From an uncultured Halioglobus sp. (lineage in GTDB: Bacteria; Pseudomonadota; Gammaproteobacteria; Pseudomonadales; Halieaceae): 64,000 bases of DNA. Positions 28,425 to 38,711 of the stretch are shown piece after piece (the first letter of the stretch is position 1; each line of letters starts with the position of its first letter). The translations under genes were made by a program, and so were the position numbers. The stretch covers positions 18 through 64,017 of the forward strand of contig CAYWWD010000010.1 of the NCBI GenBank assembly GCA_964461965.1, read 5' to 3'. The notes under the pieces are model-generated. The model was given only the letters and a program-made list of their open reading frames with translations, had not been told where the DNA came from and searched no databases.

Positions 28425-30671
28425 ATGACACGCCATCAGTTGACTTCACTACTGCACATCGTGATCTGCGCCGCCCTGCTGCCGGCGCCCCCCGCGCTGG
28501 CCCAGCAAGCAGGTACTGGCGATTTGCCGATCCTCGAGGAACTCATCGTCACCGCGCAGAAGCGCGAGCAGAATCTGCAGGATGTGCCGGTCGGCGTATC
28601 GCTGCTCTCCGGCGCGGCGATGCAGGAGGCGCAGCTCAAGAACGCCGCCGAACTGGCCACGCTGTTGCCGACGCTGAACGTGCAGTCCAGCTCCGGCCCG
28701 TCCACGTCCTCCTTCAACATTCGCGGTATCGGCACGCAGGCGTTCAGTCCTGGCGTCGACCCCAGCGTGTCCACCATGCTCGACGGCGTGGTGATGGGCC
28801 GCTCCGGCATGGCGTTCCTGGACCTGGTGGACATCGAGCGCGTGGAAGTGCTGCGCGGACCGCAGGGCACTCTGTACGGCAAGAACGCCTCCGGTGGCGT
28901 GGTACACATCATTACCCGCGACCCGACGCCCGAACTGAGCGGCACCGGGGCGGCCACGGCCATCGAGGATGGAGAATACCGCCTCGACGGCAGCATCGCC
29001 GGCCCTATCACTGACACCCTCGGCTACCGCCTCACCGGCTCTGGCGTGGACGACGATGGCTATTCCACCAACTATTACAACGGCGATACCGTCAACGACA
29101 ACGAAAGCTACAACGTGCGCGGCAAACTGTTGTGGCAGGCGCGCGACAACCTGGAGTTGATGCTAGCCAGCGACTACAGCAAGAGCGACTGCAACTGCAC
29201 CGCACTCAGCGTGCGCGACATTCTCCCGGGCCCGAACCAGCAGACCCTGCTGGAAGAGCAGCTTCCTGTCGTGCCCTCCGATCACAACCAGGACGTGAAC
29301 AACGACCAGCAGACCTTCACGCATATTCGCAGCAGCGGTTACTCCCTCACCGCCGACTGGGATCTGGAAGAACACGTACTCACCTCGATCACCGCCTACC
29401 GCGACTGGGAGAGCGAGAGCATCGTGGATTTCGACGACACACCCGGGAACCCGCTGGCGCTGAGCTTTCCCGGCCCGCCACTGACCGACCAGGACCAGGT
29501 CTCGCAGGAACTACGCCTGGCCTCGGCGCCGGCCGACTGGGGCTCGTATGTGGTGGGCGCGTTCTACTTCGAGCAGGACGTGCACACCAGCAACACCACC
29601 ACTGCGGCGCTGTTCGAGCCCATCGTGCCCGCCACCACCCGGGAGTCGAAAACGCAGGTCGACAGCCAGAATGCCGCGCTGTTCGGCGAAGTCAATTTCA
29701 ATCTGTGGCGCGACTGGCAACTGATCCTCGGCGGGCGCTACACCTATGACGACCTCGAGTACCACACCACGGCGGACAAAACCGACAACTTCATCTTTCC
29801 GCCGCCGGGCGAGGCCAGCGACTCCCAGAACGAGAGCGATTTTTCGCCCAAGGTTTCGCTGCAGTGGGATGTGCGCGACTACGCCATGCTCTACGCCAGC
29901 TACGTCAGCGGCTACAAGGGGCCGGCCTTCGACACCGGCCTGATCACCGGCGGCATGGCGGTGAAGCCGGAGACCAGCGACTCCTGGGAAACGGGATTGA
30001 AATCACGCTGGCTCGACAACCGGTTGATCCTCAACGTCGCCGTCTTCTACGCCGAATACCACGACTTCCAGGCCGAGACCTCGATCGATGTCGGCCCGCT
30101 CGGCACCATCGTGCTCACCAACGCGGGCGAGGTGTCCACCCAGGGCGTGGAGGCGGAATTCCTGGCGCAGCCGCTGGACAACTGGACCTTCAGCGGCGGC
30201 ATCACCTGGACCGATGCCAGCATCGACGAGTACCCCAATGGCAACTGCAGCGGCGGGCAGAAATTCCGCGGCGAGTGCCCGAACAATTTCCAGGACCTCG
30301 CCGGTGGCGACCTGCCCTACATCCCCAAATGGAAGCTGAACCTCAGCACCGATTACACCATCGCACTGAAGGACGCGCCCTTCGACGTGATCTTGGGCGC
30401 CAACCTGCGTTCGCAGGACGACGTGCTGTACGAGCTCTCGCAGGATCCGTATTCGCGGCAGGACGGCTACACCGTCGTCGACCTGCGCACGGTGCTCGCA
30501 GGCCGCAACACCGGGTATCGCGTCACCGCCTTCGTGAAAAACGCATTCGACAAGAACTACGCCTCGCTGATCTACGCCAACAGCCCCGCCCTGTTGCAGA
30601 ACGGTTACATCCAGCTGGTACCCAAGTACGCCAATCGCACACTGGGCGTCGAGGTTCGCTACGATTTCTGA
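28425..30671 (+). CDS. TonB-dependent receptor
   Basis: TonB box LEELIVTAQKREQ, plug motif VEVLRGPQGTLYGKNASGG, C-terminal EVRYDF. Confidence 0.95.
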   Translation: MTRHQLTSLLHIVICAALLPAPPALAQQAGTGDLPILEELIVTAQKREQNLQDVPVGVSLLSGAAMQEAQLKNAAELATLLPTLNVQSSSGPSTSSFNIRGIGTQAFSPGVDPSVSTMLDGVVMGRSGMAFLDLVDIERVEVLRGPQGTLYGKNASGGVVHIITRDPTPELSGTGAATAIEDGEYRLDGSIAGPITDTLGYRLTGSGVDDDGYSTNYYNGDTVNDNESYNVRGKLLWQARDNLELMLASDYSKSDCNCTALSVRDILPGPNQQTLLEEQLPVVPSDHNQDVNNDQQTFTHIRSSGYSLTADWDLEEHVLTSITAYRDWESESIVDFDDTPGNPLALSFPGPPLTDQDQVSQELRLASAPADWGSYVVGAFYFEQDVHTSNTTTAALFEPIVPATTRESKTQVDSQNAALFGEVNFNLWRDWQLILGGRYTYDDLEYHTTADKTDNFIFPPPGEASDSQNESDFSPKVSLQWDVRDYAMLYASYVSGYKGPAFDTGLITGGMAVKPETSDSWETGLKSRWLDNRLILNVAVFYAEYHDFQAETSIDVGPLGTIVLTNAGEVSTQGVEAEFLAQPLDNWTFSGGITWTDASIDEYPNGNCSGGQKFRGECPNNFQDLAGGDLPYIPKWKLNLSTDYTIALKDAPFDVILGANLRSQDDVLYELSQDPYSRQDGYTVVDLRTVLAGRNTGYRVTAFVKNAFDKNYASLIYANSPALLQNGYIQLVPKYANRTLGVEVRYDF

Positions 30672-30697
30672 AGCACAGACCGGCTCAGGCTGTGTGC

Positions 30698-30776
30698 GGC
30701 AGTCAGGCTGGGTGCAGGCCGCTCAGCTCAGACGGCTGAGATATTCGCTGAGCGACCTGCACCCAGCCTGACTGCC
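30698..30776 (+). repeat. Hairpin repeat copy A
   Basis: 30-bp inverted arms 30698-30727 and 30747-30776 (1 mismatch) enclosing core GCTCAGACGGCTGAGATATTCG (30726-30747). Confidence 0.8.
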
Positions 30777-30825
30777 ATCGCTCGCAACGCGAACGCAGTT
30801 GGTATTTTGCACGCTCTCCCTGCGA

Positions 30826-30907
30826 GGCCGTGGCGGTAAAGGCTCCCGAGGCGAATATCTCAGCCCTCTGAGCCTTGGGAGCCTTTACCGCCACGGCCGT
30901 CGAAAGC
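30826..30907 (-). repeat. Hairpin repeat copy B (inverted orientation)
   Basis: Perfect 22-bp inverted arms 30826-30847 and 30877-30898 enclosing reverse-strand core GGCTCAGAGGGCTGAGATATTCG (30852-30874); terminus GCTTTCGACGGCC on the minus strand. Confidence 0.8.
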
Positions 30908-30972
30908 AACTAACCGGCAGAAACGCCGCACTGCATTGCACCGCCACGGGGTTTGCACCTAGCATCACTGCC

Positions 30973-32280
30973 ATGACACCCGGCCACTACGCCTGCCATC
31001 TTTTGCACACACTGGGCATCGACGATCCTGCGATCGCCAGCGCCGACACGCGCCCCGCAGCGCAGCTGTGGGCGCAGTCCGGCGCTCAATACCTGACCGG
31101 CGAGCCCGACGGACCGCCACTGGCCTGCCCCGCACCGCTGGCGAGCTGCGCACAGGGTGCGTGGCTGGCATTGTCGGCAGTCGCCGACGGTGTGCTCGAT
31201 CCCGGCTTTCCCGCCTACCGGTTGCTCGGTGAGCGCGCTGCGCTGCTCGGGCTGCAACGCCGTGGCGCGATCTCGCCCGGCGGCGCCTGCCGTCTGCTGG
31301 ACTGCATCGATGGGCAGCTCGCGCTCAACCTCCCCCGCGCCGACGACTGGCAACTGCTGCCGGCGTGGCTGGAACGGCCGACTGAGGACTGGGACGATGT
31401 CGCACTCGCACTGCGCACGCGTGCTTGCGCGGCACTGGTTGAACGCGGCCGCCTGCTGGGGCTGGCCGTGGCGGCGTCGCGCCCGCCGGCGACGCGTGCT
31501 CCCTGGTATTGCGCGCAGCGGTTGCGACTCGCCGCAGCGCGAACAGCTGCCACCGGGCGCCGCGCGCTCCCGCTGGTGATCGACCTCAGCGCCCTGTGGG
31601 CCGGACCGCTCTGCACGCAGCTACTCGGCGAGCTGGGCGCGCGTGTCATCAAGGTGGAGAGCGTGTCCCGGCCGGACGGCGCGCGGCTCGGTCCGCCGCA
31701 GTTCTTCGACCTGCTCAACCACGGGAAGCAGAGCGTGGCGCTCGATCTCAACGCCGGCAGCGGCAGGCGGCAGCTGCGCGCGCTGCTGGCGCGCGCGGAC
31801 ATCGTCGTGGAATCGGCGCGGCCACGCGCACTGGAGCAGATGGGCATACACGCGGCGGACATCGTGCGCGAACGCGACGGGCAGGTGTGGGTGTCGATCA
31901 CCGGCCACGGCCGGGCCGCGCCGGCCGGCAACTGGATCGCCTACGGCGATGACGCGGGGGTCGACGCCGGCCTGAGCTCGCTGCTGCGCGAGCGCCACGG
32001 CCGCAACCTGTTCTGCTCCGATGCGATCGCCGACCCGCTGGCCGGCCTGCACGCCGCCCTGCTGGCCTGGGCCGCGTGGCGCGACGGCGGTGGCGTACTG
32101 CTGGATGTGTCGCTGCGCGCGGTGGTCGCCCATTGCGTGGCGGTGGCCGAGCCTGACGCCGCCGGGCCCGTGGCACCCGGGCAGGTGGCGCAACCTGCGG
32201 CGCGCGCAGTCACCGGCCGGGCGGCTCCACTCGGGAGCGGCACCCGCCAGATACTGCGGGAGTTGGGTATCCGCGGGTAA
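30973..32280 (+). CDS. CoA transferase (CaiB/BaiF family III)
   Basis: VIDLSALWAGPLCTQLLGELGARVIKVES, LNHGKQSVALDL, IADPLAGLHAA. Confidence 0.85.
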   Translation: MTPGHYACHLLHTLGIDDPAIASADTRPAAQLWAQSGAQYLTGEPDGPPLACPAPLASCAQGAWLALSAVADGVLDPGFPAYRLLGERAALLGLQRRGAISPGGACRLLDCIDGQLALNLPRADDWQLLPAWLERPTEDWDDVALALRTRACAALVERGRLLGLAVAASRPPATRAPWYCAQRLRLAAARTAATGRRALPLVIDLSALWAGPLCTQLLGELGARVIKVESVSRPDGARLGPPQFFDLLNHGKQSVALDLNAGSGRRQLRALLARADIVVESARPRALEQMGIHAADIVRERDGQVWVSITGHGRAAPAGNWIAYGDDAGVDAGLSSLLRERHGRNLFCSDAIADPLAGLHAALLAWAAWRDGGGVLLDVSLRAVVAHCVAVAEPDAAGPVAPGQVAQPAARAVTGRAAPLGSGTRQILRELGIRG

Positions 32281-32382
32281 CCCATCGCCGGGAAATTCTG
32301 CCATGATAGAGGCAGTGCTTGTTTCATCCTGGCACGGCTACGCAGCCAGTGAATACGCCCGCTATAAGAACGAGATGTCTCC

Positions 32383-34980
32383 ATGCTGCGCACTACTTCC
32401 GGCATCATCCGTCACCGTCTGGCTGCCACCGGCCTCGCGCTCCTCCCCCTGCTGACAGCACCCGTCACCCACGCGCAGGAGGCGACGCCCGCCGAGCGGG
32501 CAGTGGCAGACGCGCCCGAGCTCTACCAGGGCCAGATGGCGCTGGAGGAAGTCATCGTGACGGCGCGGCGTCGGGAAGAGGCGCTGCAGGACGTACCGGT
32601 GGCGGTGTCCGCGTTTTCCGCCGAGGCGCTGAAGGTGCAGGGCATCGCCAACACGCGCGACCTGCAGGAGGCCGTTCCGAACCTGGTGTTCAGCGAGATG
32701 GGTAACAAGGCGCCTTCGATCTTCATCCGCGGTGTCGGCCAGAAGGAAGCATCGGCGGTGCTGGACCCCGGCGTCGGCGTCTACATCAACTCCATCTACA
32801 TCGCGCGCACCGACAGCCAGTTGCTGGATGTCGTCGATCCGCAGTCCATCCAGGTATTGCGCGGGCCGCAGGGCACGCTGTTCGGCAAGAACAACACTGG
32901 CGGCGCGCTGCTCATCACCACGCAGGCACCCCACACCGACACCTACGAGGGAGAGGTCACCACACGGCTCGGCAATTTCGGGCGGCGCGACCTGAAGCTG
33001 AGCGGCAACTTGCCGCTGCTCGATGACACCCTGGCAGCGCGGGTGAGCCTCAACAGCACCAAGACCGACGGCTACATGGAAAGCACCTACAACGGCGAAA
33101 AATATGGCGACGAGGACCGTCTCGGCGCGACCGCCCGCGTGGTCTGGCAGCCCACCGACACCTTCAACACCGACCTCTTCTATTACTGGTCGAAGATCAA
33201 TGAGAACGGCGCCGGGCTCAGTTGCGTGTTCCAGAATCCGGGCAGTTCATTCAACACCTTCACCTGGCCGGGCTTCACGGCGCCCGCCTCCTACCAGAGC
33301 CGCTGCAACGCCAGCGAGGCCCGGGCGGATGACACCGATGTCCTGATCAACGGCCCCACCCAATTCGAGCTCACCAGCCAGATCGTCGGCCTGACGCTGA
33401 GCTGGGAATTCGATGCGTTCGAGATCAAAAGCATCACCGCCTGGAGCAGACAGGACGATATCGCCGTCGTCGACGACAGCGACGGCACCGATATCACGGG
33501 CGTGCTCACCAACGATCTCGCGGTCAGGGGCGCGCTCGAGCGCTCGCTGCATGCCGGGTTCGGCGATTTCACCATTCCCGATCCCGAGCAGCGCGACCAG
33601 TACAGCCAGGAACTGCAATTGTCCGGCCATGCCTTTGACGAACGCCTGGCCTATACCACCGGCATCTTTCTCGCCAGGGAGGAGATCGAGGACAACCTGT
33701 CGGGGAATTTCGTGGGTTACAACGGCTACTCCTACAAGGCCGACACGGCGACCCTCGTGCCCAAGCTCATCGGCACCAGCAGCGACCTCACCAATGACAG
33801 CTACGCCATCTTTGTGCAGGGCACGTACGATGTCACCGACTGGTACCAACTCACCGTCGGCACGCGCTACACCACGGAGAAACGCGATCGGCAAGCGCGG
33901 CTGTACGAAGCGGACTGCGAAGGCATCGTGAGCGCCAATCTCGTGCCCGGCGCGGTCGATCTCTGCGCGTTCGACGTGCTGTCCCTGCCTGATCCGAGCG
34001 GCTTCTACGCCAATCCACCGTCCTTCCTGCCGGTCCGGCTGGTCGATGAGTACACCACCGTGGACGGCGATCACATCGTCGCCGACAACGGCAGAGTCCA
34101 GGATGACAAGGAATGGTCCAAGTGGACGCCGACGATCACCAGTGCATTCAGTCTGCCCGAGGCGTACATGGCGGATACCGTGCTGGACAGCAGCCTGCTG
34201 TACCTTACCTACAGCAAGGGCTTCAAGTCCGGCGGATTCGAGATGAAGGGGCTGGAAATCAGCGAGTTCGAGCCGGAGTCCGTGACCAACTACGAAATCG
34301 GGGTAAAGATCGACGCCTTCGACCAGCGCCTGCGCTTCAATTCCGCGCTCTACTACATGGATTACGATGACATCCAGATTCGCATCACCGAGCAGGGCCT
34401 GTCCTTCGCCGACATCCTGCTGTTCATTGACAACGCCGGCGCTGCCACCATCCAGGGTTTCGAGATGGAGCTGACCGCGCTGCCCACGCCGAACATCATC
34501 CTGAATGCGTCAATGGGCTACACCGACGCGCAATACGACGAATTCATCGCCTCCGATGTCGACACCTCGGCGATCCCGCCGGTGCAGTCCACCGTCGATC
34601 GTTCCGACGAGGCGTTTGCCGGCATCCCGGAACTCACCTATTCACTCTCCGGCATGGTGATCATCCCCACTGCGTTCGGTGAAGTCGTGCCGCGCCTGTC
34701 GATGTACTACCGGGACTCCTTCTTCACCGGCCTCGATGCGACGTCGTGGAATGCGCAGTTTCGCGACCGGGCGACTATTCCCGATGTCACCCTGTGGAAC
34801 TTTCGACTCGGCTTTACGCCATCGGCCTACGATGCAGTGCAGCTCTGGGTATTCGTCGACAACGTTACCGACGAGCAGTATTACCAGGGCGGGTTCTCCA
34901 ATACCGAGTCGCTCGGTGCAGGCTCGTTCGTGCTGGGCCAGCCGCGAAGCTACGGTATCGAGGCGTCGATCTCGTTCTAG
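32383..34980 (+). CDS. TonB-dependent receptor
   Basis: LEEVIVTARRREE TonB box, IQVLRGPQGTLFGKNNTGG, YSKGFKSGGF, C-terminal EASISF. Confidence 0.95.
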   Translation: MLRTTSGIIRHRLAATGLALLPLLTAPVTHAQEATPAERAVADAPELYQGQMALEEVIVTARRREEALQDVPVAVSAFSAEALKVQGIANTRDLQEAVPNLVFSEMGNKAPSIFIRGVGQKEASAVLDPGVGVYINSIYIARTDSQLLDVVDPQSIQVLRGPQGTLFGKNNTGGALLITTQAPHTDTYEGEVTTRLGNFGRRDLKLSGNLPLLDDTLAARVSLNSTKTDGYMESTYNGEKYGDEDRLGATARVVWQPTDTFNTDLFYYWSKINENGAGLSCVFQNPGSSFNTFTWPGFTAPASYQSRCNASEARADDTDVLINGPTQFELTSQIVGLTLSWEFDAFEIKSITAWSRQDDIAVVDDSDGTDITGVLTNDLAVRGALERSLHAGFGDFTIPDPEQRDQYSQELQLSGHAFDERLAYTTGIFLAREEIEDNLSGNFVGYNGYSYKADTATLVPKLIGTSSDLTNDSYAIFVQGTYDVTDWYQLTVGTRYTTEKRDRQARLYEADCEGIVSANLVPGAVDLCAFDVLSLPDPSGFYANPPSFLPVRLVDEYTTVDGDHIVADNGRVQDDKEWSKWTPTITSAFSLPEAYMADTVLDSSLLYLTYSKGFKSGGFEMKGLEISEFEPESVTNYEIGVKIDAFDQRLRFNSALYYMDYDDIQIRITEQGLSFADILLFIDNAGAATIQGFEMELTALPTPNIILNASMGYTDAQYDEFIASDVDTSAIPPVQSTVDRSDEAFAGIPELTYSLSGMVIIPTAFGEVVPRLSMYYRDSFFTGLDATSWNAQFRDRATIPDVTLWNFRLGFTPSAYDAVQLWVFVDNVTDEQYYQGGFSNTESLGAGSFVLGQPRSYGIEASISF

Positions 34981-36431
34981 AGTATCGGCCCCATCATGGC
35001 CACGCAGTTGTTCCACAGCCGGCGGTGCAGCGGCCAGTTCGCCACCTCTTCCGCTGTCACGGTGTTGGCATTTTCGATGTACTGCTGCTGGCGCTGGCGG
35101 ACGGCCCGTGTCAGTAGCGGGTCGTAGAGCAGGATATTGTTCTCGAAATTCAACTCGAAGCTGCGCCGATCCATGTTCGCGGAACCGATCAGCGTGATAT
35201 CGCCATCCAGTGTCAGCGTTTTGCTGTGCAGCAGGCCGCCGCGGTATTCGCGGATGTGCACACCGGCCTGCAGCAGTTCCGCATAGTAACTGCGACTGGC
35301 GCCGGCCACCTCGCGGGAATCGTTCCTGGCCGGCAGGATCAGCGTGGTCTGCACACCCCGGTAGGCTGCGGCGCACAATGCGGCCTGCATCGCCTGGTTC
35401 GGAACGTAGTACGGCGTGGAAATCACCAGTTCGCGGCGCGCCGTGAACAGCAGCGAGACAAACAGCTCCGGAATGGCGGTGGGGCGCAGCGTAGGGCCAC
35501 TGGCGATGACCTGCGCGATCGCGCCCGCCTCCTGTCGCACCGCGACCTGGCATTCGCTCGCCTGCTCGTCGCCGTGGACATCCTCACCGGTGTACACCGC
35601 CCAGTCGGTGGCGAACAGCAGTTCATTCTGCCGCGCGATCGGGCCGTGCAGGCGGACCACGGCATCCACCCACGGCGCATAGCGGGCCTTGATGAGGAAC
35701 TCGGCATCCGCGCAGTTCTGGCTGCCACAGTAGGTGATGTCGCTGTCGACGACCAGAATCTTGCGGTGATTGCGCAGGTCGACGCGCCCCTGCAGCGGGC
35801 GCAACAGGACATTCCCGAGCGGCAACGCCACCGCAGTGCGCACGCCCGCCGCGTCCATCTCCTTCCACAGGCGGGATTTGAGCAGCAGGCGCGATCCCAG
35901 CCCGTCCACCATCACGCGGCAGGTTACCCCACGGCGCGCCGCGCGCTGCAGCGCCTGCGCGATTCGGGTGCCACTTGCATCGGAAAGCCAGATGTAGAAT
36001 AGCGCACTCACCTGGCAGCGGGCCGCGTCGATGTCCGCCACCATGCTGTCGATGGTCGCGACGGAATCGGCCAGCAGCTGCGCGCTGTTTCCCGGTACTG
36101 CGGGAAATCCGCTGATCGAATAGCCCACGCGGAACAGGTGGGCGTAGAGCGGTGGAATCCCCGGATCGATATCCATGTTCTCCGCGTGCGCGCTCGCGCG
36201 CTCGCGCACTTCCCGTATCACCGCCTGCATAGCCTTGTGATTGCGCCGGCCGACGTTCGTCTCGCCGAGCATCACATAGGCGAGCACCCCGACGACCGGC
36301 AGCGCCAGCACCACCACCATCCACGCAATGCGCGACGCGGGTTCGCGGTTGGGACGCTGCAGGACTCGGAACATCACGCCGACCTGCACAAGCAGGTGCA
36401 TGCCGACCAGCCAGGTACTGTTTATTATCAT
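34977..36431 (-). CDS. cls: Cardiolipin synthase
   Basis: PLDc_N segment (SRIAWMVVVLALPVVG) and two HKD motifs, RNHRKILVVD and LHSKTLTLDG. Confidence 0.92.
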   Translation of the reverse strand: MIINSTWLVGMHLLVQVGVMFRVLQRPNREPASRIAWMVVVLALPVVGVLAYVMLGETNVGRRNHKAMQAVIREVRERASAHAENMDIDPGIPPLYAHLFRVGYSISGFPAVPGNSAQLLADSVATIDSMVADIDAARCQVSALFYIWLSDASGTRIAQALQRAARRGVTCRVMVDGLGSRLLLKSRLWKEMDAAGVRTAVALPLGNVLLRPLQGRVDLRNHRKILVVDSDITYCGSQNCADAEFLIKARYAPWVDAVVRLHGPIARQNELLFATDWAVYTGEDVHGDEQASECQVAVRQEAGAIAQVIASGPTLRPTAIPELFVSLLFTARRELVISTPYYVPNQAMQAALCAAAYRGVQTTLILPARNDSREVAGASRSYYAELLQAGVHIREYRGGLLHSKTLTLDGDITLIGSANMDRRSFELNFENNILLYDPLLTRAVRQRQQQYIENANTVTAEEVANWPLHRRLWNNCVAMMGPIL

Positions 36432-36612
36432 GGCGCCAGCTTGCATCATACGCACCGACGCGGCAAGCCTCGTCCGCCTGCGGCGAATCGCGCGCGGCCA
36501 CGCGAAACGGCGCCGTCCACAAATCGCCGTACGCCCGGCCACGATACGCTTTCCCCCGGGTCGGATTTCGGCTACTTTCGCACCTCGCAACTACGACGTT
36601 CAGCCAAATCCG

Positions 36613-37644
36613 ATGTCCGACCACTTCTCCCTGCTGCCCGAATGGGCGAGACAAGCTGCCGTGTTGATGGCCTGGCCCCACGCCGCCACCGACTGGCAGC
36701 CCTGGCTGGCCCCCATTGAGCGGGATTACGTCGCGCTGGCCGAGGCCATCGCGCGCGAGGTACCGCCCATCATCCTCTGCCAGGACGAAGCGCACCGCGA
36801 GTCGATCCTGCGTCAGCTCCACGACCGCTGCGAGCACGTGCCCGTACTGGTGATTGCACCGTACAACGATACCTGGTGCCGCGACTACGGGCCACTCACC
36901 TGCGACAACCACGGCAAGTTGAAACTGCTGGACTTCTGTTTCAACGGCTGGGGCGACAAATACGATGCCAGCCTGGACGATCAGGTCAACCACGCCCTCG
37001 CGGCACTGTGGAACGCAGAGCTGACGACACTGGATTTTGAACTGGAAGGCGGCAGCATCGAGACCGACGGTGCGGGCACACTGCTCACCACCACTCGCTG
37101 CCTGCTGGAGAGCAATCGCAACAGCGGTTTCCCTGCCGAGCGGATCGAAGCCTTTTTACTGGAGACGCTTGGCCTGCAGCGCTGCCTGTGGCTGCGCAGC
37201 GGGGCCCTGCTCGGGGACGACACCGACAGCCACATCGACAACCTCGCCCGCTTTACCAGCGCCGACACCATCGTCCACGCCATCTGCGACGATGCCGATG
37301 ACCCGCACAGCGCGCAGCTGCAGGCCATGGCGGCGGAACTCAGGACGTTTCGGCAAACCAATGGCGAGCCCTACGTACTGAGAGCCATTCACCTTCCCAA
37401 GCCGCAACACGATGAATCGGGCCGGCGCCTGCCCGGCAGTTATATCAACTTCCTGATCGTGAATGGCAGCGTGATCGTGCCGGTGTTCGATTGCCCCGAG
37501 GACGATGCGGCACTGGCCACGTTGCAGCGTTGTTTCCCGGACAAGCGGCTGCTGCCGGTGCCTGGCGGGAACCTGATCAGGCAGTACGGCGGCCCGCACT
37601 GTGCGACCATGCAGTTGCCGTGCGGCACTGTGAAACTTTCGTGA
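36613..37644 (+). CDS. aguA: Agmatine deiminase family protein
   Basis: LLPEW, DTWCRDYGP, LEGGSIETDG, DTDSHIDN, SYINF, GGPHCATMQ. Confidence 0.88.
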   Translation: MSDHFSLLPEWARQAAVLMAWPHAATDWQPWLAPIERDYVALAEAIAREVPPIILCQDEAHRESILRQLHDRCEHVPVLVIAPYNDTWCRDYGPLTCDNHGKLKLLDFCFNGWGDKYDASLDDQVNHALAALWNAELTTLDFELEGGSIETDGAGTLLTTTRCLLESNRNSGFPAERIEAFLLETLGLQRCLWLRSGALLGDDTDSHIDNLARFTSADTIVHAICDDADDPHSAQLQAMAAELRTFRQTNGEPYVLRAIHLPKPQHDESGRRLPGSYINFLIVNGSVIVPVFDCPEDDAALATLQRCFPDKRLLPVPGGNLIRQYGGPHCATMQLPCGTVKLS

Positions 37645-37663
37645 TTCCAGCAAAGGTTCAACC

Positions 37664-38581
37664 ATGAGCGACAAAACCCTGCGCGTCGGCGTCATCCAGC
37701 AACCCGCCTGGCCCGACAAGGCGCAATCCCTGGCGGAGACTGAACACCTGCTAAAACAACTGGTGGACGCGGGCAAGCCGGAGCTGGTGCTGCTGCAGGA
37801 ACTGCACTGTACGCATTACTTCTGCCAAGTGGAGGATCAGGCGCTGTTCGACCTGGCGGAGCCTCTCGACGGCCCCAGCGCGCAGACCCTGTCGCGCTGG
37901 GCCAGGCAGTACGACTGCGTGTTGGTCGGCTCCCTGTTCGAGAAACGCGCCCCCGGCGTCTTCCACAACACCGCCGTGGTGTTCGAGAGAGACGGCACCA
38001 TGGCCGGCTTCTACCGCAAGATGCACATTCCGGACGATCCGGCCTTTTACGAAAAATTCTATTTCACGCCGGGCGATGCCACCCGTGTGGGCGGCGGGAG
38101 CGGCTTCACCCCGATCCAGACCAGCGCGGGCAAGCTGGGCGTGCTGGTGTGCTGGGACCAGTGGTATCCGGAGGCCGCCCGCCTCATGGCCCTCGCCGGC
38201 GCCGAGCTGCTGCTCTACCCCACCGCCATCGGCTGGGATCCACACGACGCCGCAGCGGAACAGGCCCGGCAAAAAGACGCCTGGCTATTGATACAACGTT
38301 CGCACGCTGTCGCTAATCACCTGCCGGTGGTCGTGGCGAACCGGGTCGGCCACGAACCCGATCCCTCCGGACAGGGCGCCGGCATCCAGTTCTGGGGCGG
38401 TAGCTTCATCAGCGGTCCGCAGGGAGATATGCTGGCCGAAAGCAGTGCGGACACCGCGCAATTCCTGCTGGCAGATATCGAGCTCGGCCGCACCGAATAC
38501 CTGCGCCGCATGTGGCCCTACTTCCGCGACCGTCGCATCGACGCTTACGGCGGCCTGCAGCATCGCTTTCTGGAGCCCTGA
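37664..38581 (+). CDS. aguB: Carbon-nitrogen hydrolase, N-carbamoylputrescine amidase-like
   Basis: LQELH, YRKMHIPDDPAFYEKFYFTPGD, VCWDQWYPE, YPTAIGW; adjacent to aguA. Confidence 0.85.
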   Translation: MSDKTLRVGVIQQPAWPDKAQSLAETEHLLKQLVDAGKPELVLLQELHCTHYFCQVEDQALFDLAEPLDGPSAQTLSRWARQYDCVLVGSLFEKRAPGVFHNTAVVFERDGTMAGFYRKMHIPDDPAFYEKFYFTPGDATRVGGGSGFTPIQTSAGKLGVLVCWDQWYPEAARLMALAGAELLLYPTAIGWDPHDAAAEQARQKDAWLLIQRSHAVANHLPVVVANRVGHEPDPSGQGAGIQFWGGSFISGPQGDMLAESSADTAQFLLADIELGRTEYLRRMWPYFRDRRIDAYGGLQHRFLEP

Positions 38582-38582
38582 G

Positions 38583-38673
38583 GCTTTCGACGGCCGGTGT
38601 GGTGAAGCCCCTCACGGCTCAGAAGGCTGAGATATTCGTCGTGGGGGGCTCTACCGGCCCGGCCGCCGAAAGC
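38583..38673 (+). repeat. Hairpin repeat copy C
   Basis: GCTTTCGACGGCC...GGCCGCCGAAAGC imperfect inverted arms enclosing core GGCTCAGAAGGCTGAGATATTCG (38616-38638). Confidence 0.8.
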
Positions 38674-38711
38674 AATCACACCAGCCAATCTACCTGCGGG
38701 AACGCAATACG

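Noticed and set aside
30698-30907. Hairpin repeats as integron attC sites or a CRISPR array
   Set aside because: No matching RYYYAAC/GTTRRRY ends, no integrase, no regular repeat-spacer periodicity and no cas genes.
32330-32345. Possible sigma-54 site TGGCACGGCTACGCA upstream of the second TonB receptor
   Set aside because: The -12 element is displaced by one base and lacks TTGC.
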